DNA from: a virus
Lineage: Duplodnaviria; Caudoviricetes
IMG/VR virus record: IMGVR_UViG_3300044787_000021
Location: 1-32,956 of that record
Reading direction: 5' to 3' (one strand)
Length of the DNA: 32,956 nucleotides
Shown here: positions 8,590 through 17,575 of the stretch, piece after piece
Numbering within the stretch: the stretch's first letter is position 1
Layout of the letters: the number at the start of each line of letters is the position of its first letter
Position numbers and translations under genes: made by a program
The notes under the pieces: generated by a model
The model's database searches: none
The model's input: only the letters and a program-made list of their open reading frames with translations
What the model was told of the DNA's origin: nothing

Positions 8590-11500
8590 CTATGCACTTC
8601 TTCCTGCCGTCATTGGACGGCGTACGTTGCCGATGACCGTCCCGGTCACCACGAGTTCGGTGAGCTCGAACGAGGCGCCTGCGAACCCCGCGGCCTCGAA
8701 GTCCTCGAAGCGCAACTGGACCGATTGCCCGGTCTCGTAGATGTCGATCCGCCACGCGTACTCGCCGGGGCCGGTGCCGCCATATTGGCCGTCGTCGTAG
8801 AGCCCGTCGTTGTAGTTGGTGCCAGCGATCGGCTCGACTCCGACGGTGTTTGCGAATGAACCGGTGATCCACCCGGTGCTGGACGATGCACCGGTCGCAT
8901 CGAGCCACGCGGGGTCCGTCCACCCGAGCGTGTAGTCGGTCTGGTACTGGACGCCGAGCTGATGGGCGCTGATCCATGTGCCGAGCAGATGGATGTTCGA
9001 GAAGCTCTGGAACCCCTGCAGGTGTTCCGCGAGGTGGATCCACGCAGTCTCGAAGCGCAACCGGATCCGCTGGCCAGCGTCGCTGTACTCGCCTACGGTC
9101 TCGCGAAACACGCGCCCGTCGGCACGCAGGTAGTAGTACTGGCCATCGACCACTGCGGCATCCAAGCCCTCATGATTGGTGAACGTCGACCACTGATTGA
9201 ACAGGTAGTCAAAGAGCAGCGTCGACCCGCTGTCGGTAAGGAACACGACCTGAGTGCGGTTGGGTAGCGTCGTCGCGCGTCGCACCGTCTGCGCGTTGAA
9301 GGCCTCGACCGCCGCGCCCACGTACTCGACCGTCGCGTCGTTCGAGAGCCGGTAGATCCCCTTTCCGCTCTTGAACATGTGGCCGTCCGGCGTGAGCACG
9401 ACCGACGCTGGGTCGGTGCATCCGACGTCGCTCGGGATCGTCTGGACCGCCGAGAACCCGGTCACGTCGATCGATCCGGCGTTGTCCGGGCCGTCGCCGG
9501 CGAACGTGAAGATCGCGCCCTCGGTCCAGACGATCTCGCGGTTGTCGCGCGACGCGCCAGCCACGACATCGCCGCCCTGCAGGTCGACGCGCAGAAACAG
9601 GTCGGGTGGCCACTGGACGCCAAAGCCGTCGGAGAATGGCTGCGAGTAGCGGACGATCGTCCCGTCGGTCGGATCGGTGGAGAACAGCCGGTCCTTGCCG
9701 CGCCACATTGCCGATCCGAGCGGAGTTGGGTCGTTGGAGAGGATCCCGCCGTCCGTGTAGATCTCGTCGAAAGTCGCGAGCGTCGTATCGCTCATGCGAT
9801 CGAGAAACGACACCGTGTCGACGGTGGTGTCATTGGCGACATAGCCGTTCGCGGCGCCGACTGTCGTGGGGTCGAGCGAGGTGGCGCGGAACAGCTGCGC
9901 CGTGTCGCCGGTCTTCGCTGCGAGCGATCGGGCGACGCCGATCCGGACGCCGGGCTTGAGCGTCGCTCGGCACGTCGGCAGGGTCAGCGTAACCTGCGTG
10001 TCGCCGCCGCCCATCGTTACGAGCGTGCCGGCCGACGTTGGACCGAGGTGGATCTCGCCCTGCGAATCGGTCCACTCGTACCAGGATCGATAGAGGTACG
10101 TCGTCGACGAGGTCATCGAGCCGCCGCCCGCAGCTACCGTAGCGATCAGCTCGGGGCCAACATGGAACCCTAGCTCGGTCCAGATACGCCCGTCGTAGTG
10201 CATGGGGCACGCGCCGGCCATGTACAGTCCTCGCCCGTACTCGACCGCCTGATGGCTCGCTTGGCTGTCGAAATCCATCGTGACGAGCTGAATCGCCGTC
10301 TCCTGGAACTTGTCGTCGTTCTCGCTGATGAGCCGCTCGCGAAACCCGACGGTGAAGTTGATAACGCTGCCCGAGGCGTGCGCCGACGCGAGGTGCTTGC
10401 GTGCCGGTGCACCGGCGGCGGACGCCGGAACATGCCGGCCGACTGGGACGAATCCGTTGCCGGACAGCGACGAGAACCGGTAGGTCACGTACGTGTTGAA
10501 GAACGTCGTGTCGTGCGCCATGCACGCGAACGCCTCACCGCCGATCACGAACGCCCGCGACACGAGGCACATCGACCGGATGACGCCGTCGCCGCCCGCG
10601 GGCCCGGTGGCGCCGGTCGCGAAGTCGATCGCCACGGACGTCACGAAGTGGTTGGAGGCTGCAGCGGCGGTCGATTCCCACGCGGTCCATGCCGTGCTCG
10701 AACTGGTCGCAGCGACTGCTACCCGCACAAGGTCTGCCGCCGAGGCGACGGCGGCGCTGAACGTGTTGAGCACGGCGATCGGCGTTCCCGCTCCGCTGCC
10801 GCCCGACAGGATAAGCACTGTGCTGGTGGGGACCGCGGTGACGTAGGCGAGCACGAAGCGGTCTCCGTTGGCGCCATCGAAGGTGAAGTGGGTGAGCCCG
10901 AGCGGGGTGCCGACCCGGCGCGATGCTGCGATCGTCAGGACCGACGGGTGACCGAGCAGCGGCACACCGAGCACGCCGCTCTGGTCCACGTAGCCGATCC
11001 GGATCGCCGTCGTGCCGTCCTCGCACCATGCCATCGCCGCCGGAGTGCCGGTTCGCGTCGTGGGGCAGGCGTCGTAGACGCAGTCCGTACCGTCGATGGT
11101 CGCGGTCAGGATCGCCGGTGACACCGCCGCGCTCGGGGCCGCTGGGTTGACGACGATCACGTATATGGTCTTCGTGCTGACCACCGCGTAGTAGACGTGC
11201 AGGTTGCCGCCGACCGCGACACAGCGTGGCGAGATGCCGGACGCGTGCGCCTGCGTCGGCGCCCGGTACACCCGTTCGCTGGTCGCGTCCGTCGTCGACC
11301 ACCAGACTCCGCCCTGCGAGTCCTCCCAGGCCGCGACCGTGACGCCCGCGAGCGTCGCGTGGTCCGGCATCGTCTGCTGTGTCCCGGTGACCACGAGCGG
11401 CCGGTCGGTGCCCACGGCGCTGTAGACCGCGCCGGCGTCGCTCCACTGGCTCGCCCCGGTCTCGCGCGAGTAGCAGCGAGACGACGTGAACTCGAGGAGC

Positions 11501-11727
11501 TCGTTGCCGCGCGCAGCCATTCGGATCGCGCCGGTGATCGTTGACGACGAGCCATCGATCGCCTGCCCGGCGTCGTCGTACCCGTTCCGCTTCTGGATCG
11601 AGATGGCCCGGGTGAAGACCCCGTTCTCGAGCACGAGAAGCTTCGTCCGCGGGACCGCCTTGGGGTCCGCCTTGGTCTCGACTCCGCCAGCGAACGCGAA
11701 GTGGACCTCCTGCTCAGGCAGCGCCAT
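8590..11727 (-). CDS. Tail nozzle / DNA stabilisation protein (P22 gp10 / T7 gp12-like), 1045 aa
   Basis: Beta-rich. N-terminal FAGGVETKADP...LENGVF...IQKRNG, plus IVRYSQP, DVGCTDPASV and LLFDYLFNQWSTF motifs typical of podovirus nozzle propellers. Located immediately before the ejection genes. Confidence 0.8.
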   Translation of the reverse strand: MALPEQEVHFAFAGGVETKADPKAVPRTKLLVLENGVFTRAISIQKRNGYDDAGQAIDGSSSTITGAIRMAARGNELLEFTSSRCYSRETGASQWSDAGAVYSAVGTDRPLVVTGTQQTMPDHATLAGVTVAAWEDSQGGVWWSTTDATSERVYRAPTQAHASGISPRCVAVGGNLHVYYAVVSTKTIYVIVVNPAAPSAAVSPAILTATIDGTDCVYDACPTTRTGTPAAMAWCEDGTTAIRIGYVDQSGVLGVPLLGHPSVLTIAASRRVGTPLGLTHFTFDGANGDRFVLAYVTAVPTSTVLILSGGSGAGTPIAVLNTFSAAVASAADLVRVAVAATSSSTAWTAWESTAAAASNHFVTSVAIDFATGATGPAGGDGVIRSMCLVSRAFVIGGEAFACMAHDTTFFNTYVTYRFSSLSGNGFVPVGRHVPASAAGAPARKHLASAHASGSVINFTVGFRERLISENDDKFQETAIQLVTMDFDSQASHQAVEYGRGLYMAGACPMHYDGRIWTELGFHVGPELIATVAAGGGSMTSSTTYLYRSWYEWTDSQGEIHLGPTSAGTLVTMGGGDTQVTLTLPTCRATLKPGVRIGVARSLAAKTGDTAQLFRATSLDPTTVGAANGYVANDTTVDTVSFLDRMSDTTLATFDEIYTDGGILSNDPTPLGSAMWRGKDRLFSTDPTDGTIVRYSQPFSDGFGVQWPPDLFLRVDLQGGDVVAGASRDNREIVWTEGAIFTFAGDGPDNAGSIDVTGFSAVQTIPSDVGCTDPASVVLTPDGHMFKSGKGIYRLSNDATVEYVGAAVEAFNAQTVRRATTLPNRTQVVFLTDSGSTLLFDYLFNQWSTFTNHEGLDAAVVDGQYYYLRADGRVFRETVGEYSDAGQRIRLRFETAWIHLAEHLQGFQSFSNIHLLGTWISAHQLGVQYQTDYTLGWTDPAWLDATGASSSTGWITGSFANTVGVEPIAGTNYNDGLYDDGQYGGTGPGEYAWRIDIYETGQSVQLRFEDFEAAGFAGASFELTELVVTGTVIGNVRRPMTAGRSA

Positions 11728-11849
11728 GGCGCCCCCAGGAAGAGGTCTCGGTGCGGCGAATGGTGCGGCGAACGGCCATGGGAAAGCGCTTCAGCGCTAC
11801 CCCGCGACTTGTTGCGGCAGCTCGATCGACGAACTAGTCGACCTTCATA

Positions 11850-11889
11850 GATCCGAGCACATCCGGATCGTAAATGCAAGCGGCGTTAC
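11850..11889 (-). promoter_or_regulatory. Copy 1 of repeated motif GTAA-N3-CGCTTGCA-N11-GATGTGCTCGGATC, candidate late promoter
   Basis: Intergenic, upstream of the nozzle gene. Matches 20896-20935 in both blocks with identical 11-nt spacing. Confidence 0.55.
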
Positions 11890-11956
11890 GGGAGCGACAA
11901 GTGCAGCGAGATGCGGCAGTTGCGTGTGATGTTGGCTCCGGGCAACGCTCCGCTTG

Positions 11957-12166
11957 ATGAACACGCGCAATAGGTTGCTCCTAGCGAGTTTCATCATGTC
12001 CGCGATACTTTTTTGGGACAACCGGTACTGGTTTCTGAACAATTGGGATAGGTTAAGCCTTTGGTTTGCGAGCATCAGGCCAGATGACAGGAACGGGTTA
12101 TACTGGCTATTGGTGATCACACTTATTGTGGTCGGGGTTGCTATGGCGACGAAGAGGCGCGAGTAG
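11957..12166 (+). CDS. Small two-TM membrane protein (69 aa), AT-rich moron gene
   Basis: Hydrophobic segments LLLASFIMSAILFW and LYWLLVITLIVVGVAMA with a basic C-terminus (TKRRE). Visibly lower GC than the flanks. Confidence 0.55.
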   Translation: MNTRNRLLLASFIMSAILFWDNRYWFLNNWDRLSLWFASIRPDDRNGLYWLLVITLIVVGVAMATKRRE

Positions 12167-12201
12167 TTGCGCTGCTGGATCGGGATGCTCACCATGGCCC
12201 C

Positions 12202-12567
12202 ATGATGCGAGCGCTGATGGTGTTGGTCCTGGTGACGGGGTGCGGCTCGCTGTGCACGGTGAACAGGGTGGGGATGGCGGCGGCGGTGGCAGCGACCGCC
12301 ATCGATTGGTGCCAGACGACAACGGCGGCATCGGTGCGCATGGGGCCCTGGGAAGATGGGCGTGCGGCGATGATACTTGGAAGCGCGCCTAGCAGTGCCG
12401 CGGTAGATGCGTATTTTGCAGTCGTCATCATCGGCGCGCTCGCCATCACGAGCGCACTGCCTGAGCAATGGCGTCCAGCCGCGTGGGGAGGCGTGCTGGC
12501 AGGCGAAGTATTCACCGTGGCCGATAACCTTTCCTCGACCAATTGCGCCGGAATTGGCGGACCATAG
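12202..12567 (+). CDS. Putative membrane lipoprotein (121 aa), moron gene
   Basis: Signal peptide with lipobox-like LVTGC, then hydrophobic helices with IDWCQT...ILGSAPS...YF...LPEQWR. Its stop abuts the convergent stop at 12568. Confidence 0.7.
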   Translation: MMRALMVLVLVTGCGSLCTVNRVGMAAAVAATAIDWCQTTTAASVRMGPWEDGRAAMILGSAPSSAAVDAYFAVVIIGALAITSALPEQWRPAAWGGVLAGEVFTVADNLSSTNCAGIGGP

Positions 12568-13683
12568 TTATGGCTGGTCGTAGTCGACCTCGGCCATGAA
12601 AACCTCGACCGATGCGGCTCCGGTCGTTCTCGTGGCGACGATAAAGTAGCTGGTTGTCGATGCAACCACGGTTGTCAGCCCGGAGTTGGTCAGCGTCTGC
12701 TGGGTGCCAGCTCCGCTGGACACCGATGACGACGCGATACCAACCCCGGATCCGGTCGACGTCAGGCTATTGAAGTCGTTGCGAAGCTTGGTCGGCCCCG
12801 TGGCGCTGTCGATGATATAGAGGCGCACGGCGAGGATGCGAGCACCGACGGGGAGGACGATCGGTGCGGTGGCATCGGCCCCGTTCCAGATAAGCCCGCT
12901 CGATCCGTAGCTGAACGCGACTCCGGATCCAGCCTGGAACGCGGAGCCGGGAATCGAGAGCGTCTTGGTGCCGTGCTTGACCAGTCCGGTGCCGCTCAAG
13001 ATGACGTTCTTGTTCACGGCCATCGTCGCGTCGTTGACTACCGTGTTCGAGAACGTGACCGCTCCGGTGTTGTCGACCTGCGCGAGCACGGTCGAGCCCG
13101 GAACAGCGGTCGGGTAGGTCAGCGTGTAGCTCGCCGCCATCCCGCCCGGTGCCGCATGGCCGACGTAGAACGCGGTCGTGCCGCCGGTCGGGTATGCGCG
13201 CAGTTCCCCCGCGGCGATGCGCGCCCAGTTACCCGCGCCGTCCTTGAACGTGTAGCGCTTGTTGGCGTCGTCGAACGCCTCGACGGCGCCGACGCTGACG
13301 TAGTCACCGCCGATCCCGCCCGCGAATGCCGCGACGTTGAGCGCAGATCCGGCGGTGAGCTTGACGTTGTTACCGGCGTTGCTGCGCCAGTAGAGCTCGT
13401 TGTCCGACGAGTTGACGAATATGCTCTTGTTCTGCGCGCCCGACGATAGCGCAGTGACGCTCGAGAACTGAACGCGGTGGAGCTGGGTCGGCGCGTAGAG
13501 CGACGAGAATGGGATGTCGGCGTTGACGTTGAGCGCGGCCGACGTGATCGGCAGGCCCTTGCCGATCGTGTGGTCGTGGGCATCCTCGCGCACGTAGTTC
13601 GCGTCGATCGTGTCACCCCAGGCACCGGATCCGGGGGCGCCACGGGTTGGGAGCACGAGCCCCATGTTTGGAAGGGTCGTCAT
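12568..13683 (-). CDS. Tail fibre / virion structural protein (371 aa)
   Basis: N-terminal PNMGLVLPT...GAWGDTIDANY..DAHDH anchor typical of phage fibres, YTLTYPTAVP repeat-like motif, S/T/G-rich beta C-terminal domain. Confidence 0.7.
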   Translation of the reverse strand: MTTLPNMGLVLPTRGAPGSGAWGDTIDANYVREDAHDHTIGKGLPITSAALNVNADIPFSSLYAPTQLHRVQFSSVTALSSGAQNKSIFVNSSDNELYWRSNAGNNVKLTAGSALNVAAFAGGIGGDYVSVGAVEAFDDANKRYTFKDGAGNWARIAAGELRAYPTGGTTAFYVGHAAPGGMAASYTLTYPTAVPGSTVLAQVDNTGAVTFSNTVVNDATMAVNKNVILSGTGLVKHGTKTLSIPGSAFQAGSGVAFSYGSSGLIWNGADATAPIVLPVGARILAVRLYIIDSATGPTKLRNDFNSLTSTGSGVGIASSSVSSGAGTQQTLTNSGLTTVVASTTSYFIVATRTTGAASVEVFMAEVDYDQP

Positions 13684-13684
13684 G

Positions 13685-14464
13685 TCAGCTGTACTCCTCG
13701 ATGATGATCAGGCCAGCGGACCCCGCGCCCCCGGCCCGGTTGGTTGCGCCGGCCGAGGCCCCCGCGCCCCCGGCGCCAAAACCCGCCGCCGCGGCCCCTG
13801 CGGTGTCGCCGGCCCGCGACAGGCCGCCCGAGCCGAACGGGCTGTCGGCCCCGCCGCCGCCGAACGCGAACCCGTTGATGTCGATGCCGTGCAGGCCCGC
13901 CCATTGGAGCGCCACGTCCGCCGTCGAGCTTCCCGCCGCCGTGTTGGCCGCGCCGGGGGCGAACACGGATGCAGCATTGCCCTGGCCGGCTGCACCGGCG
14001 CCGCCCTTGGCGGTGAGCAGCACCGCGTTGAGAACGACCGTGGTGTCGCCGCCCGTGGCGCCCGTGCCGCCCCCGCCGGCGCCGCCGCCCCCGGCAGCGC
14101 CGATCGTCACGGCCCCGCCGTCGCCAGGCGCAGACGACAGCTCAAGGTAGACCCCGCTCGCCCCGCCGCCGCCAACCGACGTGTTGGCGCCGCCCGTGGT
14201 CCCGCCGCCCCCGCCGCCCCCGCCGATCATGCGCACGCGGACCAGCACCGTGCCGGCCGTCGGGGTGTACGTCCCGCTGCCCGTGAACCGCTGCAGTCCC
14301 AGGTGGCGCCCGGCCTGGAGCCCTCCGGTCCGGCGTAGCTGCGTCTGCAGGCCCTCGATTGCTTCCTCGGCCTGCTGCATCACGCGGTCGGCCCCGGCGT
14401 CGCCCGTTGACGAGAGCGACACCGCAGCGACCGAGCCAGGTGGGACGACGCGCCGGCCCGCCAT
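13685..14464 (-). CDS. Glycine-rich tail/virion protein (259 aa)
   Basis: QRFTGSGTYTPTAGT...MIGGGGGGGG...GGAGSAGLIIIEEY is the common phage glycine-rich tail domain pattern. Confidence 0.8.
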   Translation of the reverse strand: MAGRRVVPPGSVAAVSLSSTGDAGADRVMQQAEEAIEGLQTQLRRTGGLQAGRHLGLQRFTGSGTYTPTAGTVLVRVRMIGGGGGGGGTTGGANTSVGGGGASGVYLELSSAPGDGGAVTIGAAGGGGAGGGGTGATGGDTTVVLNAVLLTAKGGAGAAGQGNAASVFAPGAANTAAGSSTADVALQWAGLHGIDINGFAFGGGGADSPFGSGGLSRAGDTAGAAAAGFGAGGAGASAGATNRAGGAGSAGLIIIEEYS

Positions 14465-15126
14465 CAGAACCCCGGCCTCCAGCGGTCGAGGTCTTCGCTG
14501 CCTTCCCAGCCCTCGTGCAGGTTCAGGAGCTCGGGGCCGGTCGAATTGCGCTCGCTGGCTTCGCCCTTGATGCGCGCGCTAGCCGCCGAGAGATCCTGCA
14601 GCCACTGCGTCGCCTCGCGCCCCATGTTCTTGTAGAGCCGGACGAGCGCGCCGCTGATCGTGTACTCCTCCCAGCTGTTGTAGAACTCGCGCGCCGTCGT
14701 ATCGAGCGTTGGCGCGACCGGCGTGTACGTCACTCGCAGCGTGTACGCCGCGTCCGGCGTGGGGTAGAGGTCGATGCCCCGCGCCGTCAGCCGATGTGCA
14801 GTCGGCCGGCCGGGCGTGGTGCCGTAGCGGTTGCGGTCCTTGATGCCGATGCGCGGCAATGGAACGAAGTCCGCCCCCTCCTGTCGATCGATCGCCCGAG
14901 TGATCCACGTCGTCGGGGGCAACGCGACGAACGCCACCGCGTTGGTCGTGGTGACCGTATCGGAGGTGTCGTAGAAGCCCGAGTTCTCCTGCACCACGAG
15001 CGCGTAGCCCTCGGAGAACGCCGCTTGGATCTCGGTCGTCAGGTTCGAGTCGGGAAAGCGGTTGGTGTTCCGCATGTCGCCGCGAAACCTGACGATCGAG
15101 ATGATCTCCGCGAGGGTTTTCGTCAT
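14464..15126 (-). CDS. Head-tail adaptor (P22 gp4 / T7 gp11-like), 220 aa
   Basis: TLAEIISIVRFRGD helical start and GRPTAHRL...IDLYPTPDAAYTLRVTY motif typical of podovirus adaptors. Position after the capsid genes fits. Confidence 0.75.
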   Translation of the reverse strand: MTKTLAEIISIVRFRGDMRNTNRFPDSNLTTEIQAAFSEGYALVVQENSGFYDTSDTVTTTNAVAFVALPPTTWITRAIDRQEGADFVPLPRIGIKDRNRYGTTPGRPTAHRLTARGIDLYPTPDAAYTLRVTYTPVAPTLDTTAREFYNSWEEYTISGALVRLYKNMGREATQWLQDLSAASARIKGEASERNSTGPELLNLHEGWEGSEDLDRWRPGF

Positions 15127-15130
15127 CAGG

Positions 15131-15856
15131 TCACGACAGCGTGCAGCCGTTCTGGTAGGTCACGCTCCAGCTCGATCCGGTCCATTCGAGCACGGCGCAA
15201 TCGCCGACCACGGTCGCCGACGCGACCACGCCGATCGCCCCGAGGTGGGTGTACGCCTCGTTGATCATGCCGGTGAACACCCCATCGATGCTGCCGACCG
15301 GGGTCGACGCCGCGGTCGAGTTGGTCACGATGCAGCGCTCGCCGATGGCCGAGCCATTCGGTAGCGCCTTCGTGCTCGTGCTCGAGACCGTACCGGTCAC
15401 GGAGCAGCAGTAGCGGAGCCACAGGTTGAGCCCCGTGAGCACGGTGGTGCCGACCACGACGGCATCGACGAGTCCGCCCGCGCGCTGGACGCGAGTAGCG
15501 CGCCACAGCAGACCGGACGTCGCGACGAGCTCGATGGCCTGGCCGACGGTATCGAAGGTGAACGTGCTCGAGCACGCGAACCCGGTCGTGGTGTCCGGGC
15601 TGGAGATCGTGACCGTGCCGAGCGGAGTTGATGCCGCCGAGACGCACACGATTCGCTTGCGCTGTCCCGCGACGGTCGGCGCGGCCAGCGTGTAAGCCTT
15701 GGTCCCGCTGACCGTCAGCTCGGTGGTGTACGTGGTCAGGTCGAGCGCGCCGGCCGCGCTGACCGCATCGATGCCGCCGCCGAGCGCGGGGCGCAGTTGG
15801 TTGATGGTCGTGGTGTCGAAGTTTCCGACTTCGCCGAGGTGAGTTACGCTGAGCAT
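15131..15856 (-). CDS. Virion protein with two tandem beta-domains (capsid decoration/fibre-like), 241 aa
   Basis: Start re-assigned to ATG 15856 (MLSVTHLG, GAGG SD). Internal duplication AASTPLG...VGQAIELVATSGLLW / AASTPVG...VGDCAVLEWTGSSW. Confidence 0.7.
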   Translation of the reverse strand: MLSVTHLGEVGNFDTTTINQLRPALGGGIDAVSAAGALDLTTYTTELTVSGTKAYTLAAPTVAGQRKRIVCVSAASTPLGTVTISSPDTTTGFACSSTFTFDTVGQAIELVATSGLLWRATRVQRAGGLVDAVVVGTTVLTGLNLWLRYCCSVTGTVSSTSTKALPNGSAIGERCIVTNSTAASTPVGSIDGVFTGMINEAYTHLGAIGVVASATVVGDCAVLEWTGSSWSVTYQNGCTLS

Positions 15857-15867
15857 GATGATCCTCT

Positions 15868-16257
15868 TCAGTTCCTGTTGACGGCGCGAACCGTCCAACG
15901 GATGTAGGCAGTGGTGGTGGTGGGGATGTCCGTCGGAGTCGTGTTCGATCCGAAGACGAAGGTTGCGGTGCCTGCGGTAACGTCGATCGCCGAGGCCTGG
16001 AGGTTGAAGTCCTGCGTCCCTCCGACGAACGTTGCGATCGGAGCGAACATGAGCTGGGGCCATTTCTTGGCGAAGGTGACCGTGTACGTTCCGGTCGACG
16101 CCCAAACGGCGGTGACGATCTCGCCGCCGCCGTTGACCGCCGAGTCAGAGTTCACCAAGTCGACGCCGACGCCGCCGCCGGTCAGCTTCGCGAAGAGCTC
16201 GACCACGTACGTTCGCGGCGTCTCGACTGGGTTTCGTTGTCCGTTTGGAGTGGGCAT
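15868..16257 (-). CDS. Small virion protein (129 aa), possible head decoration
   Basis: Directly after the capsid gene, GAGGT SD, beta-rich with STGTYTVTF motif. Confidence 0.7.
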   Translation of the reverse strand: MPTPNGQRNPVETPRTYVVELFAKLTGGGVGVDLVNSDSAVNGGGEIVTAVWASTGTYTVTFAKKWPQLMFAPIATFVGGTQDFNLQASAIDVTAGTATFVFGSNTTPTDIPTTTTAYIRWTVRAVNRN

Positions 16258-16266
16258 GGCGTTACC

Positions 16267-17535
16267 TCACGAGCTCGCCTGGATACGGGCGACGCCGTTC
16301 CAGCCGGGGGCGGCGCAACCGAGGTTCTGATACGATCCGAGGCGAGCCTCGACGCTATCCTCGTTCTGTGACGGCTGCAGACGCATGCCGGTCGCGGACT
16401 CGCCGGTCCAGTTGATCCACTCGCCGGTGTGCCAGATGCGCCACGTGTCAAGTTGGAGCGCGTAGAGCCGGTTGCTCGGGCAGTTGCGATCCGGGTAGAT
16501 CTCGACGTTGCGCCCACCGCAGATCGCCTTGTAGCCCGAGAACCCGACGACGACCTCGCCGTTCGGGCCTTCGACCTCTCCGGTGATGTCCTTCAGGATG
16601 CGGACCTTCGAATTCGAGACGATCTCGAGGTCGGCGAGCGACTCGGGGTTGCCGAAGATGTGCGACGTCTTGCCCCCGTACTTCGTGATCTTCGAGACGA
16701 GCTTGATGATGACCGCATCGAGATCGCCGACGGCAGTCCCATCGAGGAACACGCCACCGAGTCGCACCGGAGAAACGTTACGGGTGATGTTGTTGAAGCT
16801 CGCGGCCAGCAGCGTCGCGCGGTCCGTTCCGGCGGGAAGCCAGTCGGCGAGCCCCGAGAGGCACGCGTTGTACTCGCCGCGCTGAAACACGAACGAGCTC
16901 GTGGTGATGCTAGCGATCTTGGTTCCGAGGTTGTCGGCGATCGTGACGGTGCCGGATTCCTCATCGACCGCGGTCACCTGCGTGGTGTCGCCGTTGTCGA
17001 GCAGAGAGCCGCTGCCGTCGGTCGTGGAGAACTGCAGGATCTGATCGACGGTGAAGTTGAAGCAGCTCGCGTTGTCCGTGAAGGTGAGCGTTGTCGTGTT
17101 CGTCGATGCGATCGACAGCTGACCGATCGATCCGCCCTGGGTCCGGTACAGACGTCGGCCGATCTTCTCGCCGAGGGACTTGAACCCGCGATCGAACTCC
17201 TTCAGCGCCTTCACGAAGGCGTCGGACTTCTTCTCGGTCGAGTACAGCAGCTCGTTGTTGATCTGGATGCGCTGGTACTGCTTCATCCGGAAGAGGATGA
17301 AGTCGAGGTACTTCGAGGTCGTCGAGTCGCTCATCGCGAACCCGTAGTCGGCGCTCGCGCCTTGCGGGTTCGCGTACTCGACGGGTTGGATGTACCGCCG
17401 GCCGCCGGCCTGGTAGCGCTCCTTCTGCAGGAATCCCAATAGCGGATTCTCCCCGAACGATTGCTCGAGGATCTTCTCTTCAGTGTAGACGTCCTTGAGG
17501 AAGGCGTCCTGATTTGCGATCGTAAAAGCGGTCAC
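16267..17535 (-). CDS. Major capsid protein (422 aa)
   Basis: Follows portal and scaffold, AGGAG SD. N-terminal FLKDVY...ENPLLGFLQK, central LSGLADWLP, IYPDRNCP and C-terminal YQNLGCAAPGWNG are typical of HK97-fold capsids of this podovirus type. Confidence 0.9.
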   Translation of the reverse strand: MTAFTIANQDAFLKDVYTEEKILEQSFGENPLLGFLQKERYQAGGRRYIQPVEYANPQGASADYGFAMSDSTTSKYLDFILFRMKQYQRIQINNELLYSTEKKSDAFVKALKEFDRGFKSLGEKIGRRLYRTQGGSIGQLSIASTNTTTLTFTDNASCFNFTVDQILQFSTTDGSGSLLDNGDTTQVTAVDEESGTVTIADNLGTKIASITTSSFVFQRGEYNACLSGLADWLPAGTDRATLLAASFNNITRNVSPVRLGGVFLDGTAVGDLDAVIIKLVSKITKYGGKTSHIFGNPESLADLEIVSNSKVRILKDITGEVEGPNGEVVVGFSGYKAICGGRNVEIYPDRNCPSNRLYALQLDTWRIWHTGEWINWTGESATGMRLQPSQNEDSVEARLGSYQNLGCAAPGWNGVARIQASS

Positions 17536-17540
17536 GTGTT

Positions 17541-17560
17541 GTGCTCCTGGTTGGGAGCAC
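17541..17560 (-). promoter_or_regulatory. Hairpin sequestering the capsid-gene Shine-Dalgarno
   Basis: mRNA-sense GTGCTCC-CAACCA-GGAGCAC (7-bp perfect stem). The AGGAG SD, 8 nt before the GTG start, lies largely in the 3' arm. Confidence 0.5.
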
Positions 17561-17575
17561 CGCGATCAGTCGGAG

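Noticed and set aside
11750-11779. GGTGCGGCGAA duplicated and a possible 21-codon leader ORF before the nozzle gene
   Set aside because: Too short, no clear SD, and cannot be distinguished from chance.
13685-14230. GCC/CCG-rich repeats as a DNA repeat array or CRISPR
   Set aside because: They simply encode poly-Gly tracts. No repeat-spacer periodicity was seen anywhere in the window.
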